Assembly (NCBI GenBank): GCA_002269645.1
Contig: NIVC01000181.1
Coordinates: 585,693 to 649,692, forward strand
DNA: 64,000 nt
Source: Macrostomum lignano
Taxonomy: Eukaryota
Direction: 5' to 3'
In this document: piece by piece, positions 37,003 through 53,100 of the stretch
Layout of the letters: each line of letters opens with the position of its first letter
How positions within the stretch are numbered: position 1 is the first letter of the stretch
Notes under the pieces: generated by a model
Databases searched by the model: none
What the model saw: only the letters and a program-made list of their open reading frames with translations
What the model was told of the DNA's origin: nothing
Translations under genes and position numbers: made by a program

Positions 37003-37209
37003 CGAAGGCGCGATAAGGTTTTTTTAACGGGTAAAATGTCAAGATACGCTGGAATTCAGAGAATGCATGTTGAGTTACGCGTAGGGAGATTGGCAAAATA
37101 CAATAGAGTGCAGCATCTATATATTTTCCGATGCAGCGGAGCAGAGACAAAATCATGCAATACCAATCACCAGAAGGCCTTGGTAAAGGAGTAAAATTAA
37201 ATGCTAATC

Positions 37210-37915
<706 letters not shown>

Positions 37916-38197
37916 ATGATCTATTTACCTATCTATATTAGAGATTTAATCACGGAAATTTTCACATGTTGAAGGCAAGTTAATCAAGCTGTTCGTACTG
38001 GTCCGGGAGCATCAGTCCCTGTGGCTGCTGCACATGTATCTCCAAGCGGCCAGAGCCAGCAGACTGGCCAACAAGGCACCTCTAAGAACGTCCAGGTAAT
38101 GGGAAATGTAGGTTAATAATTTAAGCCTGTAGCGGGCGAGGCGACAAGGCAGGTCGGTTTCGGTCTTTGACAGCTTTTCACACCTGCGTGGGAAGGG

Positions 38198-41100
38198 TCA
38201 GGTGAGGTAAAGCATCATCCATGCTTTCGTTAATATCGATAGAAGTATAAAAGTAGAAACACACCAAGTCCTTTCGGCCGCTGTAAGACACAGTACACAG
38301 ACAGGACACAGGTTGCAAAAGTACACAGACAGGACACAGGTTGCAAAAGTACACAGACAGGACACAGGTTGCAAAAGTACACAGACAGGACACAGGTTGC
38401 AAAAGTACACAGACAGGACACAGGTTGCAAAAGTACACAGACAGGACACAGGTCGCAAAAGTACACAGACCACAGCTCGCCCTACAGAAGCCCCATCCCA
38501 TGCAAGTGCTCACAGCCTGTACAGTCGAAACGCGGCTCTCGCCCGTGGTCCCATCAACAGCCAGCTGGGATCGCCCTCGCCGTCGCCCTCGAAGGCGTCG
38601 CCAGTCAGCTGGTTCGCCGTGCTCGGCGACAGACGGCCAGCCTCGGCCAGGACGGCCAAGTTGAAGGCCGCCTCCGGGTCGCCCTTGGCAACCGCGCGAG
38701 TGTAAAAATCCACGGCGGCGCTCAGGTTGGAGGCGTGCGCCAAGCCCAGGCTGTGGTAGTCTCCCATGCGCGTCAGCGCTGAGGAAAGAATGGTTATGCC
38801 CCGCTTAGACTACTCTCGGGTTTTGTTCAGTAGTGTGACTGGCGCTGGTAGCCCAGCTATTGTTAATTTACTTGCATGCATCCAACCTATCAACTCCGCA
38901 TTTCATCCGATTCACAAATCTCCCTCTCTGTTCTCATCTCCTAGTATCTCATATCTATCACTGATCTCACCTGTACCTTTATCTCATTTCCCTCATTTTC
39001 CTTTCCTCATTGACTCTGTTCTATCGCGGTCCTCATGCATCTCACTGGTTATACTGATCCCAACTCATCCATTTGCATTCTCATTTCAAGAACTATCCCA
39101 AACCGTCCAAAATTGAACTAAGAAACTCACACTTGGCGTGTACTTGGTTCTCGTCCCTCCAGACGCTCCTGTTGTAGTGATGAAACTCGCACTCCTTGGC
39201 GAACCTGCCGTTCAGCCGGTTGCTATGCTGGTCGCACAGGTAGGCCAAGTTGAAGTTGGCTACCTCCAATCCGCAGTATGCAGCTAAGGTGTACCACAGG
39301 GCTGAGGTCTCGCTGAAGTTGTTTAAAATCATTATAGCCAGTCTGTAGTCGCCCTCTTTACCTAAGCTCGTAGCTAAATGTAATTTTTTTGACACTCACA
39401 TTTGCTCCTTGCGATAGGCCACAATGGCTTTGGTCAGCAGTGCCCCTACTTTGGGGTTGAGCTCCGCCACGTAACGGGACCATCTGCGGGGTATTCGGGT
39501 ACATTTAGTTGGGTAGATCGGAGGTACAAAGCAAAGATAGATAGAGGTTTGAGGAAAAGGATAGATAGAAGTGTGGTGCAGGGAGGAGAGGGAGGGAGAG
39601 GAAGAGGGGTAGAAGGAGGAGTAAAGGGAAGAGGGGAAGAGGGAATAGGGGTAGAGGGAATAGGGGTAGAGGGAAGAGGGGTGGTTTTAAAGTTTATCAA
39701 GTTTTTCACATGGATGCTTCAAGTATCACTAGTAGCAGTGTGTAGTAGTAGCAGACTACTCAAGAAGTCCTTAAGATACATTTGGGTACTGCTGCGATTC
39801 AAGGGGACGGTCGAGTAACAGTCGGCAGATAGGCATGCTGCTAAGCCCCCTCCGCTGACTGCTAGGATACGTCCGCACGCACACGCAGGCAGGCACTCGC
39901 ACTTGCGGTATAAAAAGCTTCACTCACTCGGTCGCCTGTCCTAAGTCCCTTGGCAGGCCGATGTCCGGCATGTGGCGCCGCCTGTACTTTGCCACCATGA
40001 TCGCCGCGTGCAGCAGCCCGCGCCCGGCGGCCTCCGTGAAGTGCCGGAACGCTTCGCGTCGATCCTTTGGCAGTCCATGCTGCGGGAATCCGATGTCGCG
40101 AAGTACGCCGAGGTTGTACACGGCGTCGTGGCCGCCCAGAGCGGCGGCTCGCTTGTAGAGATCGATGGCCTTGGCCATGTCACCCTCGTGCCTCTCGGCG
40201 TACCAGCCTAAAGAGGTAAGGGTCCGCGGGTCGCGCTCGTTGGTGAGCTGGGCCGCCCTCTGCAGATACTGGAGGCCCTCGCGCACTCGGTGGCTTCCGT
40301 GACCGCCCTTGATGAGCAGCATGCCGTAGTCATGCGCGGCACCCGCGCTGCCGTCTTCGTCAGCCGCTTTTCTGTTTTTTCGATTGAGACAAACCAGGAG
40401 GAATTGTGCGGTATTCCTTAGCCAGGAATGATATCCCTAACTGCTAAACCTTACAGCATATAGGCTGCTTGCAAAGTGTGTTAGGGGCGGCGGGGAGCCG
40501 TCGGCGTTGGGGGCTGTCGCGTCGCGCTAGCGTTTAAACCCCCAAATTCTGCTCTACCAGCGCTGTCGCTCACCTGCTCAATGTTTTTGTTATATTCTCG
40601 TATTTCTTGTATTTGTCGTAACTTCTAACCTCCTAATGCCAAATATAAAATCCGTCGTACAAGGTGTGCCCACCTGTTTGTTCGTTGCCTGCCAACTCTC
40701 GCCGTGACCTCTCGTTGGCTGAAGAGGCCGTAGACATGAATAAATAATCTTAAATTACGAGTACGCTCGTATGCTGGTTCAGTTGAGCTAGTTATACTAT
40801 CCTTTCATTCATAGCTTTAACACTCCGCAGCCAATCAGAACTCATATGCATGTAGCTATAAAAGCATCCCGCTTTCCTTTTGACTTCCAAAGGACTTTCA
40901 AAGACGTCTGGACAGGAAATCACTCTCAAGGGCGCACAGCGACCTAGGCGTTCAATTTATCGGTCATGTTAACTTTCTGTTATTCATCACTACCCCACAG
41001 CTTAACCACTCACTGGTAGACACATATTGTATCAAAACAAAACAATATTACTATATAATCAGCTACGAATCGATGACTTCTTCTCCTCACTTCTCGGCAT

Positions 41101-44100
41101 TTCTCCTTAACTCACTTAAAGTAGCTCAGGCCCTCTTGGACGTTCCTCTGTATGCCGCTGCTGCCCCAGTACAGCAGATCCGCCATCTTCCGCTTCGCCC
41201 AGGGCACCCCGCGACCAGCCTGGTGGCTGATCCACTGGAACAGGTCGTCCTCTGCATGAGTCACCTCCTTGACTCGGTTCTCGTCGGTGAGTCGCACCAT
41301 GTCAACCCGGTTGTACTCTTCGTTAGCCAGCTCGTCTTTCTCGCTCGGTGTCCGTCTTGCCAGATGAAAGAAATAAGCCAGCGAGAGTTCCCGATTCGCC
41401 TCAGCCCCGTCCGAGCCCAGGTAGTGCTTGGTTGCCAGGGCCAACAGACTGAGCTGGTGACGACAGCGGAGCACGTTTTCTAGTAGGAGCGCGTTGGACT
41501 GCGGGTTTAGAAGAGCGGATTTGCTGGATGGATGAAGATTCGAAGATTCCAACGTTCATAACTTTCTGTCATTCAAAGCTCATCCCTGAAACCTCACATT
41601 ACCAAAACCCCACACCCTCTAAACCCCACGTTCCCGAAACCTCAAATCGATGAAACCTCCCATTTTTGAGGCCAAACATAATCTCACATCTTAGAAACTT
41701 CATATCCTCGAAAACTTGCATCTTAAAATATTTTGTTCTCAAAACTGCACGTCCTGGGCTTGCTAATACTCTATTTTTTATCAGTGGAATGTGTAAACTA
41801 AATATGCAATCCTGAATATCATATTGTAAAAAAATCAAACCTCGGTAAAGTCCATGTGTCTGTCCGACTGCAGACCGTAGCTCAGCATGGCCGATAGCAG
41901 AAACTTGGCTGAGCAGTGGCCCAGACAGGCTGACGCATTCAGCAGTGCAGCGCTCTGGTCCATGTTGTCAAAGTGGCTGGTCTGGGAAGGTGACGAATTG
42001 TGAATTTGGTCAAATTAAGGGCCTTTAAAATTGGTTGTGCTGATTTCAACAGCTTCTGGCCTCTATTAAAACACCACAGACCTGTATCAGTTTCACGGCG
42101 AGCTGGTAGGCAAACTGGGCCAGCTGCTGACGGGCTTCTTCGCTTAGCTTCCCCTGCGTCAGTGGCAGCGAGCGCAGCCTCCGCTCCATCAACTGCTCGG
42201 TGAGGCGCTTACTTCGTTCGACGGCTGTCGCCACCGAAGCTTTGGTTCCGTCCCCTGCGCCGCTGCGACAGACATTGCGACGTTGACGCTCCTTGGTCAC
42301 AGAGAGCCGAGAGATGAACGCGCCCCATGATTGACAAGTGTCTGTTGAACAGGCACATGAGACCACCGAGCTGGCACTTTACTGACTCATCTTGCGTCTT
42401 ACTGACTGAACTTACTATTAACATTTCTCTTTATTCTATAAAACAGAAACCTTGAGAAGAGTTTCCTAAAAGACAACAACAGACCAACCTCTAGTCTGCA
42501 AAGCCCGAACTCTCCTATCCAGATCGGCTTCCAGCCTCGCCACGAGTCTCTCGCAGTAGTCGCACAGGCGCGGCCTCAGCCAGTTGCTGCGCTGCAGGAA
42601 CCCCGGCGTCATTGGCATCGATCGGGCTGACAGTGGCAGGAGAGCTCGGCCTCGGTACAACACCGTCTGGGCGATGTAGCCGCTGATGCCAGGAGTCTGG
42701 CTGTAACCGCCAATCAGTAGCGCCAGTTCGGAGTCCTCGTAGTGAACGGGATTCGGCCACCTGCGGAATGAGGTTGGGCGTTGAAAGATTTTCATGAATT
42801 GTACAGCCAGCCAGCTAATCAGAACCTAGATAGGGTAAGAGTTCATGGAATCAAATAGCCAGCCAGTCAGGAAGTACGATATTGTAATGAGAAATAATAA
42901 AAAATTCGAACGCGGAAATACTGATTTCTGTATAATTAAGACGGAAAGGCCAAGAAACTCTTGACATACCTGTGAACAATGTGTTTAAACATGGTCTTAT
43001 CCAGCTTATCGAAGACTCCAATCTGAATCTGAAGAAGAGAGGTGCCAATCGAGTTATGTTTCAAACAACAGTCTTACTCATGTAAATTATTCATGTACGC
43101 GTAAATGGGGAGGAATCCTCATTTGTTATCATAAATTGCCACTGTTCGATTTCTGTTCCGTATCTTAGAGCTAAACGTTTTGGTACGCTCGTATCACAAA
43201 AACTGGAGTTAACATCCATTTTAGCCAAGGAAACTTTCAATTTTTCTCAGCGCTGGAACGGAGTAACCGAATCACAAGAAATTCAACGACATTTACTAAC
43301 TATTTGTCAAGCACCTTTTCCTCCATACAATCAAGCCATCCAACGATTCTGTTCGACTTTTGAAGCCCCGGTGTATTCAGTACAGTCCTGTGGCGACTGA
43401 CTGTCTTGTTCGATCCAGTTCATGTGTAATCTTCTCGGTTTTCTCTGCCTCTCTGTCCAGCTCAGTCTTGTTATTCCTCTCTCTCCCTCACTGCCTTCTG
43501 ATTGGCTCTTCTATTCTCACTACTCTCCTTAGTCGCCAGCTTCACCCCTTGTGACTGGTGGACAGCAGTCCTGATTTTCACATCAACAGCCATGACTACA
43601 CTCGGTACCATGGGGTGGCTCTCAATGGCGTGAATCCCATGACAAGCCCCAGATACCCATGAGACCCAAATTGCCGTTGGAGCACACGGATTCGATTTTT
43701 TTGCCGCTGGTGACCCTGACCCCTGCCAATATTCTACTTTAGGCCCAATAATGCTGGTAAAAATGTTTACGAACCTCGTGCGGCTGCCAGACCAACACAA
43801 TCCGCAACCAAGTCCGCAGGGGAAGCCGATAGCCACTGAGGAAGGCGGATCCCTTCGAGTCTTCTCGGTTGGAATGATGTCCCTGGTAGTGCAGCCTGTT
43901 GTCTTTGGTTATCAACAGGCCGGGCGACCGATGTCGGTTCTCGGCGTCGATGCCCAGCAGGATGTTGCACCAGCTCGAATCGCATGACCTCTCCAAGTAG
44001 ATCCAGGTTGAGAAGGTGAATCTGAAATATATTTTTATGGGAAGATCTAATGCTAGTTTACACTGCCATAAAATTAAGCCAATTTTTACGTTATCTTCCT

Positions 44101-47100
44101 AATTTTGTCGATTTGAACAATACATACAATACAATGGTGTGAACGAGCCGTTAGTGAGAGTCGTGAGGTGAAGCTGGAGAGTCAGAGTAACTGGAAGAGT
44201 GAGCTTCCATTCGACGCAGGAGACATATGAGGGAGTTACCTTCTAAACGGAAGAGGTAAAACATTTATAAAAGCATCAGCATAGAGCTGCTCACACTCCT
44301 CTGCCGCCATTGCTATCCCAGTGTTGGAGCAGCTCAGGCTCGTTAATCGGCTGCAGGTGAGTCAGCACGCCGATGTCTCCATGGACTGCCAACGGAAATT
44401 CGTTGAACTGCACTCGCTCTGTTGGATTGTTGGATTATTGAGGGTAAATTTTAGGCAAGGTACTTTTGTATTGGAAGGTAAACTAAAAATGACTAGAAAA
44501 ACTTGTTAGATAAAAAACAAGAAATTACAGTTTCTTCCTTATCTGTCGCTGGTGCAACTGCATGTCAACATCTCAAGTTTCCAGTGAGGAGGCAAGTAGT
44601 TAAGGCAGGCCATTCTGATTACCTTTAAGTACATCGATGCGTACGCAGGCACACCACAGAATATACAGGCATAAATTTCAGCCGGGAATTCAGTGGCTTT
44701 AACATTCTTATTTTCAAGCATCTCAGTACACTCTGTGCCTTGAATGTCTGAGCCCACGCAAACCAAAGTACATGTGCCTTCGCGCGAGATTCAAATGTGT
44801 TGCTGTTGACGCCATTTTACTCAACCTGCAAGCGGGCGATCAAAGTCAATTGTTCGCTAATCCAACTAGCACACATTTTCGTGGTTGCATATATTATGGC
44901 CTGACTTTTCTCAGTGTACACAGTTAGTGCCTTTAACGCTCGTTCATACAGCGATCAAATAACGCCAATTTGGTGTCATCACACAGCCGGTACATATTTT
45001 TATTCCTTTTCAAATGGTTCGCGTGATTTGATGGTCAATTAGATGGCTGTGTGGACGTATCCACGAGTGATCTTAAATATATTCACAAAAGTGACAAATG
45101 AATATTATTTATTAATCAACGGAATTATATATGGGGTCAATATGCCCACCAAAATTTGGCATATTCCCCGCAACAATATTTTCGCTTTAGCGATTCATTC
45201 TAAATCTGATCAAAAAATCTAATAGAGACAGTCAATTTTTAACCACAAGTCATCAATAACGTGCACATTTACCAACAACGATGAAGAATAGGGTATAAAA
45301 GAAGCTTTTCATTATAGTCACCTCTTAAATTTAGCAAGCAGTGTGTGTGTGTGTCTGTGCTTGGAGCATAAAAAGCTTGAAGTGTGCAGAGTTTACTTTT
45401 ACTCGTATCACTAGATAATTGAGTAGTCAGATTTCAGAGTCCGGCCAGCTTCGATAAAGCTACTTCGATGTACGATGTGTAATGAAAGCGAAAAATCATT
45501 ATGTGCAAGTAGATGTATCCATAAGTGTTCCACGAGGACTTGACACTTGAAGAAATTACAAAGCTCAACGAAATTAATAATTTAGTTGTTTTGTGGGCCC
45601 AATTAGATGGTCCTGGTTGTTATATTTGTTAAAACTGATCAGCGAATAAGTGCTGTGTAGATTTTACGTTCATATTTAAGAATCGGGCGGTTGCGAGTAG
45701 AGTTCCGAGTCAGGTCAGCTGTGAGTTGTCTTAATCTTCCGATCCATGAAGCCAATTGTACGATGTAAGATGTGGCTCATCTAACCATGAAAATGAACGT
45801 GGAAGCCCTTCTTTTCCAGCTTGGAGAACTGCTCCTCCGACAGCTTGGAATCGTCTGGGTCGGACGGATCCTCCTTCGACTCACTCTCGGCCTTGGCCTC
45901 CTCCTGGGTGGGCTGGGCGACGGCCAGGGCGGCGCACAGCAGAAGTCCGAGAACCAGTTGCCACTTCATGATTGCTTGAGTCGAGTCGATTCTTCGAGCT
46001 GTGTGTAGATTGAGTCGAGTCTGAGCTTGTTGTGTTGAGCAGTCGGCAGCCTCGAATTTATACGCATCGGATCGGCACGTGTTTCCGGTCCGTTGAGAGA
46101 CGTTGTTTGAGATGAAGGCTTTTGCGTGAGCAGGGACAGGCGTTGCTTTAAAAGAATTTTATGTAGTGTATATTTGTTTTATAACAACTGAGCAAAAAAA
46201 GTATCACTCTAGTGTTTTCTCAGTTCATCTTACGTATCGCAGTACTCTGCAGTGTACTGCACTGCATTTGACTCTTTATCTGTTGCATAGTAAAGCCGAA
46301 TGACACTATCTATCGCCTGCGCAGAATAAATTCAGAATGTCTACAGATTTTTGTCTCGGCTACTTTGTGTCGCTTTTTGCAGTTTCCGATGGTAGCTCTT
46401 AACTTGTCAAAGGTAGTTTTCTGGGTGAGGGCAATATATCCGCCGTACAACTGCAGAGGTCTCATGCTCCACTGTATTTTGCTGGTGAACTAAAATAATG
46501 CCGAGAGTGTTGGGCTCAACCTCAAAGTTTTAAACCTCTTTCATGGATTGAGCTCTGCGGATAAAGCTCTGGATCAAGTAAATGTCTGGGCGTGCAGGGT
46601 GACGGCCCTGCCTCCAATGGCAGTGGCGTCGTCACCGTAACCAACCGAAAATGAAGACAGGGCCTGGCCAGGGATCACTCGGAAGGCACTCATGACCAGG
46701 ATTCAGAGCGTCGGCGTGAAAGCTCAGCCTTTGGATCCTCCCTTTCAGAATCTGGTGGAAGGGATTTGCACGCAAAGTTAAGCAGTGACCGTAGGGATGG
46801 AAATCATGTTCATAATGCACCGTGGAGAGTAGCATGAGCTTTGTGATTTTAAAGGGCCACCTGACACACCTTGATGATTACATTATCAAAAGCACCTTCA
46901 AGGTTGAGGGAAAGACTGAAGGCATAACTGTCGCCCAGCCACGCCCGTTCTACTATTGCATGTAAAGCGAAATAAAGATATGACAGATGCTTCGTGAAGA
47001 AGAACTGGGTAGGTACCATCAGCTCCAAGAGAGTTGAAGGGCTTGAGGGTTCCAACCGCACAGGTGATAGAGTCTTTTGTAACGATGCCTGCCACCAAAG

Positions 47101-50100
47101 TGGCTCCCTACATAGGGTTCTGTGGGTAACTTTGCAAAGATGGTGCTGAGCATTTGTTAAATCATTTCTTAAGAGCTTTTAGTTAGAGAGCCATCATAAT
47201 TTCTTATGATGGCTAGTTTGGACATTTTTTTCCAACTGTCAGGGGCTTGACAAGCCTAGACGTAGGTTTCGTGATCCAACTCATTGCAGAATATCCGCCA
47301 CATACCTTGGCCTTCCGCACCTCAGAATTGAAGTTTTTGGGTTACAAGTTTTTGTGGCGCTGCGGTGAGGGCTTTTGGCCTTCGGTCTGAGCTTCTCCGG
47401 GCTACACCACGGACTGAAAGAAGTCTTGCCTTTGTAGGCACGGACAAGACAGGCCGCTTCAAAAGCTGCAGTAATGCAGCCTGTTTGCCTCTCAGCCATT
47501 TGATCGAATTCCTCCTAGGCCTCAATCGGACGCTCGTCCGTGAGTTCCTGCAGGTGCAGATCGAAGGTAGCCTTATAGGCTGTCCAATCAGTGTTGCGGA
47601 AGTTATCCCTCCAAGTACTCAAGGCCTGGAGCTGAGTTTCCGCGATGTTAAAGGCGATGGAGCAGACGTCAGATAAAGTGGGTTTTCGTTGACCAGATCA
47701 GAGTCTGGGGTAACGAGTGTGGCATCGAGAAAATTGGTGCATGTGGCATTTTCGAAGGTAAGAGTGCTTCTGTGGTTGCAGAGCATAATATTTGAAAAAA
47801 GATGAGAAAAAGAATCTCCTACCCTCTAGCATTAGTGCTTTTGCTGTCCTAGTGCTTATGATGTGTGTTAAGGTCGTCCCCCAAGCACAGCTCAGCCTTC
47901 TGAAATTCGTAGTATTGCGCTCGGCGCAGTTAGGGTCCCTGTTACCTAGGATATCACCCTATCACCCTGTCACACCAAGAGAGATTGTCAGATTGGATGA
48001 CACAAAGACCTCCATCTGAAAGATCGCCCTCGGCCAAGCCTGGAGATGGCTGGCAGCGAGGATGGTCACTGTAGGGCAACTGTTCTCCGGGCCACAAACA
48101 TTGAAGTCAGAGTAGCCATGAGGAATGTTGAGCAACTAACAGTTGCGCATCCAGGGTTCCTTGATTAGGATAAGGAGTGGCCTGTGCAACTTGGCAATCT
48201 TAATAAAATTTACTGACGCAGACGGGCAATAGATTTATTTGTAGACAGAAAGTTACTCCTTTGGCAGAGTGGAGGTTAGTCATAATACGCTCGTATACTA
48301 AATTCAAGTTATGAACGATTCTCCCGTCAAGGAGACTATACAGGATTTAATCCTTTTCTGATTCCGTCGGGGCTCGTTTGAGAGATTGACTTGGAGATTT
48401 CCGCCAGAGTCCTCAGGCTCCGATGACAAAATGGAAGAGATTTCTCCCCTCGACCCCCGAACCCCACCAGAGTAGCTGAGGAGAGCTCAGATTCTGAAGA
48501 CTTGGCTTCGTCCTCAAATCCTCCGTTTGTTAGGTTCTGCTCTCAGAGCCCGACCACACTCCTTCACCTAGGATCACCGAATCCCAAGTGGGTTCCAATG
48601 GCAGGGTACCAAATTTTTGTTCTTATGCCTTCCATTTGACCCTTTGTGGAATTCTAAGTCTAGGGGACGTGGCCTTCCATGTTGTCAATTTAAAAGCTAT
48701 CTACTCATGTCGGCTCACCTACCGCACACACAGTTAAGCCACTAAGAGCAGTTGTATTCGAAAAAACACGGGAAAATTCCAGGAAATGCTCGTAGTGCGC
48801 CAAAGATTCAAAGATAACGCATTTACGGTTAACTGCGTGTCTTTGTTAGCCATATTGTCGGTGACGAATAACGAATCGCCACGAGAAATCATAAATATTT
48901 TTTCAAATCTTCCTTCATGTAGCTAATATTTTTTGAAACAGTTCATTAAGCTACTAACTCTTTTTTAAATGGTAAAATTCGGCGAAAACGAAGAAATAAC
49001 TGATAATTGCAGACCTTATCGCATCAAGTCGCAAATTATCTATCGCATCAACAAGTTTTCAATGAATTTCATGCGACAAAGCATTCTCCACATTACGATT
49101 CGCAACTTGAAAAAATTACAAAGCTTAACAACATTAATAATACGAGTATAGTTGCTTTGTGTGCTCAATTCGATTATGATGATCTACGAGCTACAAGTCC
49201 TCTACATTACGACTTTCGAATTAAAGAAATTTACAACGCTCAACAAAACAAAAATTATAGCTTTACTGGATGCCTAATTAGATGGTACTGGTTGTTATAT
49301 TTGTTATAACTGATCAGCGAATAAGGGCAGTGAAGATTTCAGGTTTACTTTTTAAGAAGTTCAAAGTCAGTGTTCAAAGTTCTGTCAGCTGTGAGTTGTC
49401 TTAATCTTCCGATCCATGAAGCCAATTGTACGATGTAAGATGCTGCTCATCTAACCATGAAAATGAACGTGGAAGCCCTTCTTCTTCAGCATCGAGAAAT
49501 GCTCCTCCGACAGCTTGGAATCGTCTGGGTCGGACGGATCCTCCTTCGACTCACTTTCGGCCTTGGCCTCCTCCTGGGTGGGCTGGGCGACGGCCAGGGC
49601 GGCGCACAGCAGAAGTCCGAGAACCAGTTGCCACTTCATGATTGCTTGAGTCGAGTCGATTCTTCGAGCTGTGTGTAGATTGAGTCGAGTCTGAGCTTGT
49701 TGTGTTAAGCAGTCGGCAGCCTCGAATTTATACGCATCGGATCGGCACGTGTTTCCGGTCCGTTGAGAGACGTTTGAAATGAAGGCTTTTGCGTGAGCAG
49801 AGACAGGCGTTGCTTTACACCCGAGCAATCAAAAAGTACTGCTCTAGCGTTTTTTTTCAGTGCAAATTTATCCTACGGCACTGCACTTCAATGCACTCTA
49901 CTTGACTATGTTGCATAGTAAACCCATATGACTATCTATCGTCTGTGGAGAAAAAAATGCGTACAATTTGGGATATCTACAGATTGTTATTTCGGCTACT
50001 GCGTGTCTATTTCTGCAGGTTCTGGTGGTTGTTCTCGACATGTCAGATGGTTTTTTGCAATCCTTAGATTCGATTGTTTACTCGATCTGGGTAAGCGGAT

Positions 50101-53100
50101 TTGGAAGTCGATTTTTTTATTGAACAAAGCAGAAAATATGGAAAAACCAGAAAATAAATGCTTAGTATGGTAGACTTAATAGGCTGATAGACCTAATATG
50201 GATTTGCCTGACGTACTTAATGGGGATCGATTTGCTTGGCAAATCATAATTTGAAGGGGTTAAAACTCAACTCAAGCGACTATATATTGATACTGCTTCA
50301 AGAGTCTCAGTGAAAGGAGCTTTAAGTCAAGGGAAATTATAGTGTATGGTCGGTCTTACGAGCGTACCTTCTCTATTTTCTCCCTGGCCTTTCTATCTAA
50401 GCTGTAAAAGTTTCCTTTGGCCAAATCGTCAAGAGTCATAAGCGATATTACTTGCGGTACGTAAAAATTGGGCGACAAAGGGTAGGCCATAGAATAATGC
50501 ATCCCAGAATAATGCGTGTGAAGCACGAGTAGTTTTCGAATATTTATCAATTCGAAGACCTACTACACAATCTACCATTAAGGCCCACTTAACTTATTGA
50601 GAAATGTAATAAACTCCGTCAACTACCTTACAAAGCGAGCGACAACAGTTCAAAACTGAGGAGTATTTTATTAGTTCGACTCACAGATACTATAACAATT
50701 AACATACTCATTTATTACTATGTGGTTTCACCAGAGAATATCGAGTATACATAGACTGCCAATAGAGGGGTCAAAGTGAAGCCGATTTTTTTTCCTTCCG
50801 GGACTCTACTTTTTGGCCATAGACATTGAGTTTTAGCGGGCGCAGTTAAAAAAATTGGCTTGCAATATTCCAATATTGAGACTGTCTGGTAAAATCCCAT
50901 TTACCCCAATGCATTCAGTTGGTTTCACCTCCCGCTGGAAATGTCTATGACAAAGTCAGAAGAAAGCGGGGTCAAGGGGCGCTGAGCCCCCTTGCGGGGG
51001 TGTGGGGGCGGAGCCACCACATTAGCACACCAGCACTATGTTGAGCAGTTGAACCTGAGGCTCTCGAGCAACTTTCCTTGGCGATTGCCACCCTTTCGCA
51101 GGCAATCTCTGCCGGCAGAGTTTCAAGGCGCTGCTGGATGCTGTAAACCACCTTTTCTTTTACATTCAGCAACCTTGCAATGTCCTTTGGGTGTTCACCT
51201 CCGTCGAGTGCTTCGATCACAAGCCAATGACATTCGTTCAATAGCCTAGCATATGGTCCACAATTCTGGGACTGAGCTGCAAATGAACTAAATGGACCAA
51301 ATTGATGCTTGTTGGACCAAATTAAATGCCGCTGTGCCAGCCTTGCTACCATAGACAAAAGCTCCATTACTTTGACAAACATATCTTGGATTAAATTCGA
51401 TGCGCGTAAGCCCAAATGGGCTGCAAAAAGCTATAATAAAATCTAAAAATTGTCTATGGCCAAAACTCCTTATTTTTCGAATTGGGACGATCGAGCCAGT
51501 AAGTAACATAGGAAAAATGCGAGCGTAGCGAGTAGGCTAACTATAACTCAGTTGTCAATTCCAAGTCAGCTAGGCATCAGCAACAGTTCCATTAGGGGTG
51601 TTCGGGTCGGCCATTTTTTCGGGGTTCGGGGTTTACCCCTAACCCGGTACCCCTACCCCGAACCCCGAACCCCGTCCCGAACATTTCTTCCAACCCCGAA
51701 CCCCGAACCCGGTACCAAAACCCGACCCGACCCCGAACGTAACCCCGAACATTTTCACGCTTATTTTGGTCAATCATTTTAATAAATTAATACACTTTTT
51801 CCACCGATAAAGGTACAATATTCATTTGTACTTCACTTCAATTGTAAGCCTTTTGGGCGCGACGTTAGCTCATGAATGACTTGGGACAAACACAGGTTTA
51901 TATTTGTTGTATAAGTGTAAATTATATTGCACAATTCCAATCCTTCAGCTTCAGGAAATTCAAACTGTGATTGTTAGTTACAATGTTAGTTAATTCGGTC
52001 CTTTGTCATTTATTTTCAGTAGATGCTAGATAGTAGACTACATACTGGGCTCATAGACAAAGTAAATGAATAATAATAGTAATATTACATCTATGAGTTT
52101 ATTTAAGCTGCAAAAATAGAGTACAATAAAATTAGATTATACCCTGTAGTGCAGATATCAGTAGAGATAGAACTAGAGCGATAAAGAGATGGCACAGATA
52201 AAACAATGATGCAATGAAACAGGAGAGTTAATCACAAATATATATTTATTTTTACTTTTGACTACAGTTAACAGTAAGTCAGTAGTGGTATAACAGAATT
52301 GCTTTGTAAAAACTAAAGTGACGTCTTTACATAAAATTGTATGCTGATATGAGTAGGTAATCATTGTGATAATTGATTATTGGCGACTGATGCGTGGAGA
52401 ATATTAGTGTATTTATAAATTTTAAGCTTCCTCATCCAATCCAGAAGTTCAGACCATGTTACACGTAGCACATGTAAAATTATTACTGAACGTAATTTTT
52501 TTAAATCATCAACTGCAAGACTGAATGGGTCGAAAAACGACAATCGTGATTTACCAGAAAGTGTAAATGAATCCATGGTTCTATCTGCTATTTCCGTTTC
52601 AAATTGTATGTAAAATATAACTTAAGTTGTACCTGAAACTCAATGCATATCTTTCGCATTGTGGATTTTGCATAAGGAGTAAAAAGTGCTTGAAAATACT
52701 TTTGAGAATGATAATTGTTCAAAACCCCGAAAACCCCGAAAACCCGGTGGCCATACCCGACCCGAACCCCGAACCCGGTACCCCTACCCCGAACCCCGAA
52801 CCCGACCCGGAACACCTACCCCGAACCCCGAACCCGGTACCAAAACCCGACCCGAAACCCGACCCGACCCCGAACCCCGAACACCCCAAGTTCCATATAT
52901 TGATCATATAGTTTATCTTAAAGGCCATCGAGAAGAAGTACATCTCAGAGGACGAATTTCAAACCATTCAAGATCTGTGAAGCGCATGAATTGAAAATGA
53001 TACCGACATAATTTTACCTTTTTTTGAATCAAATTAGCTTTTCATTTGACACCACACGTTGAAAATTTCATGAACACATTTGATGAGCATCGTCACTTTC

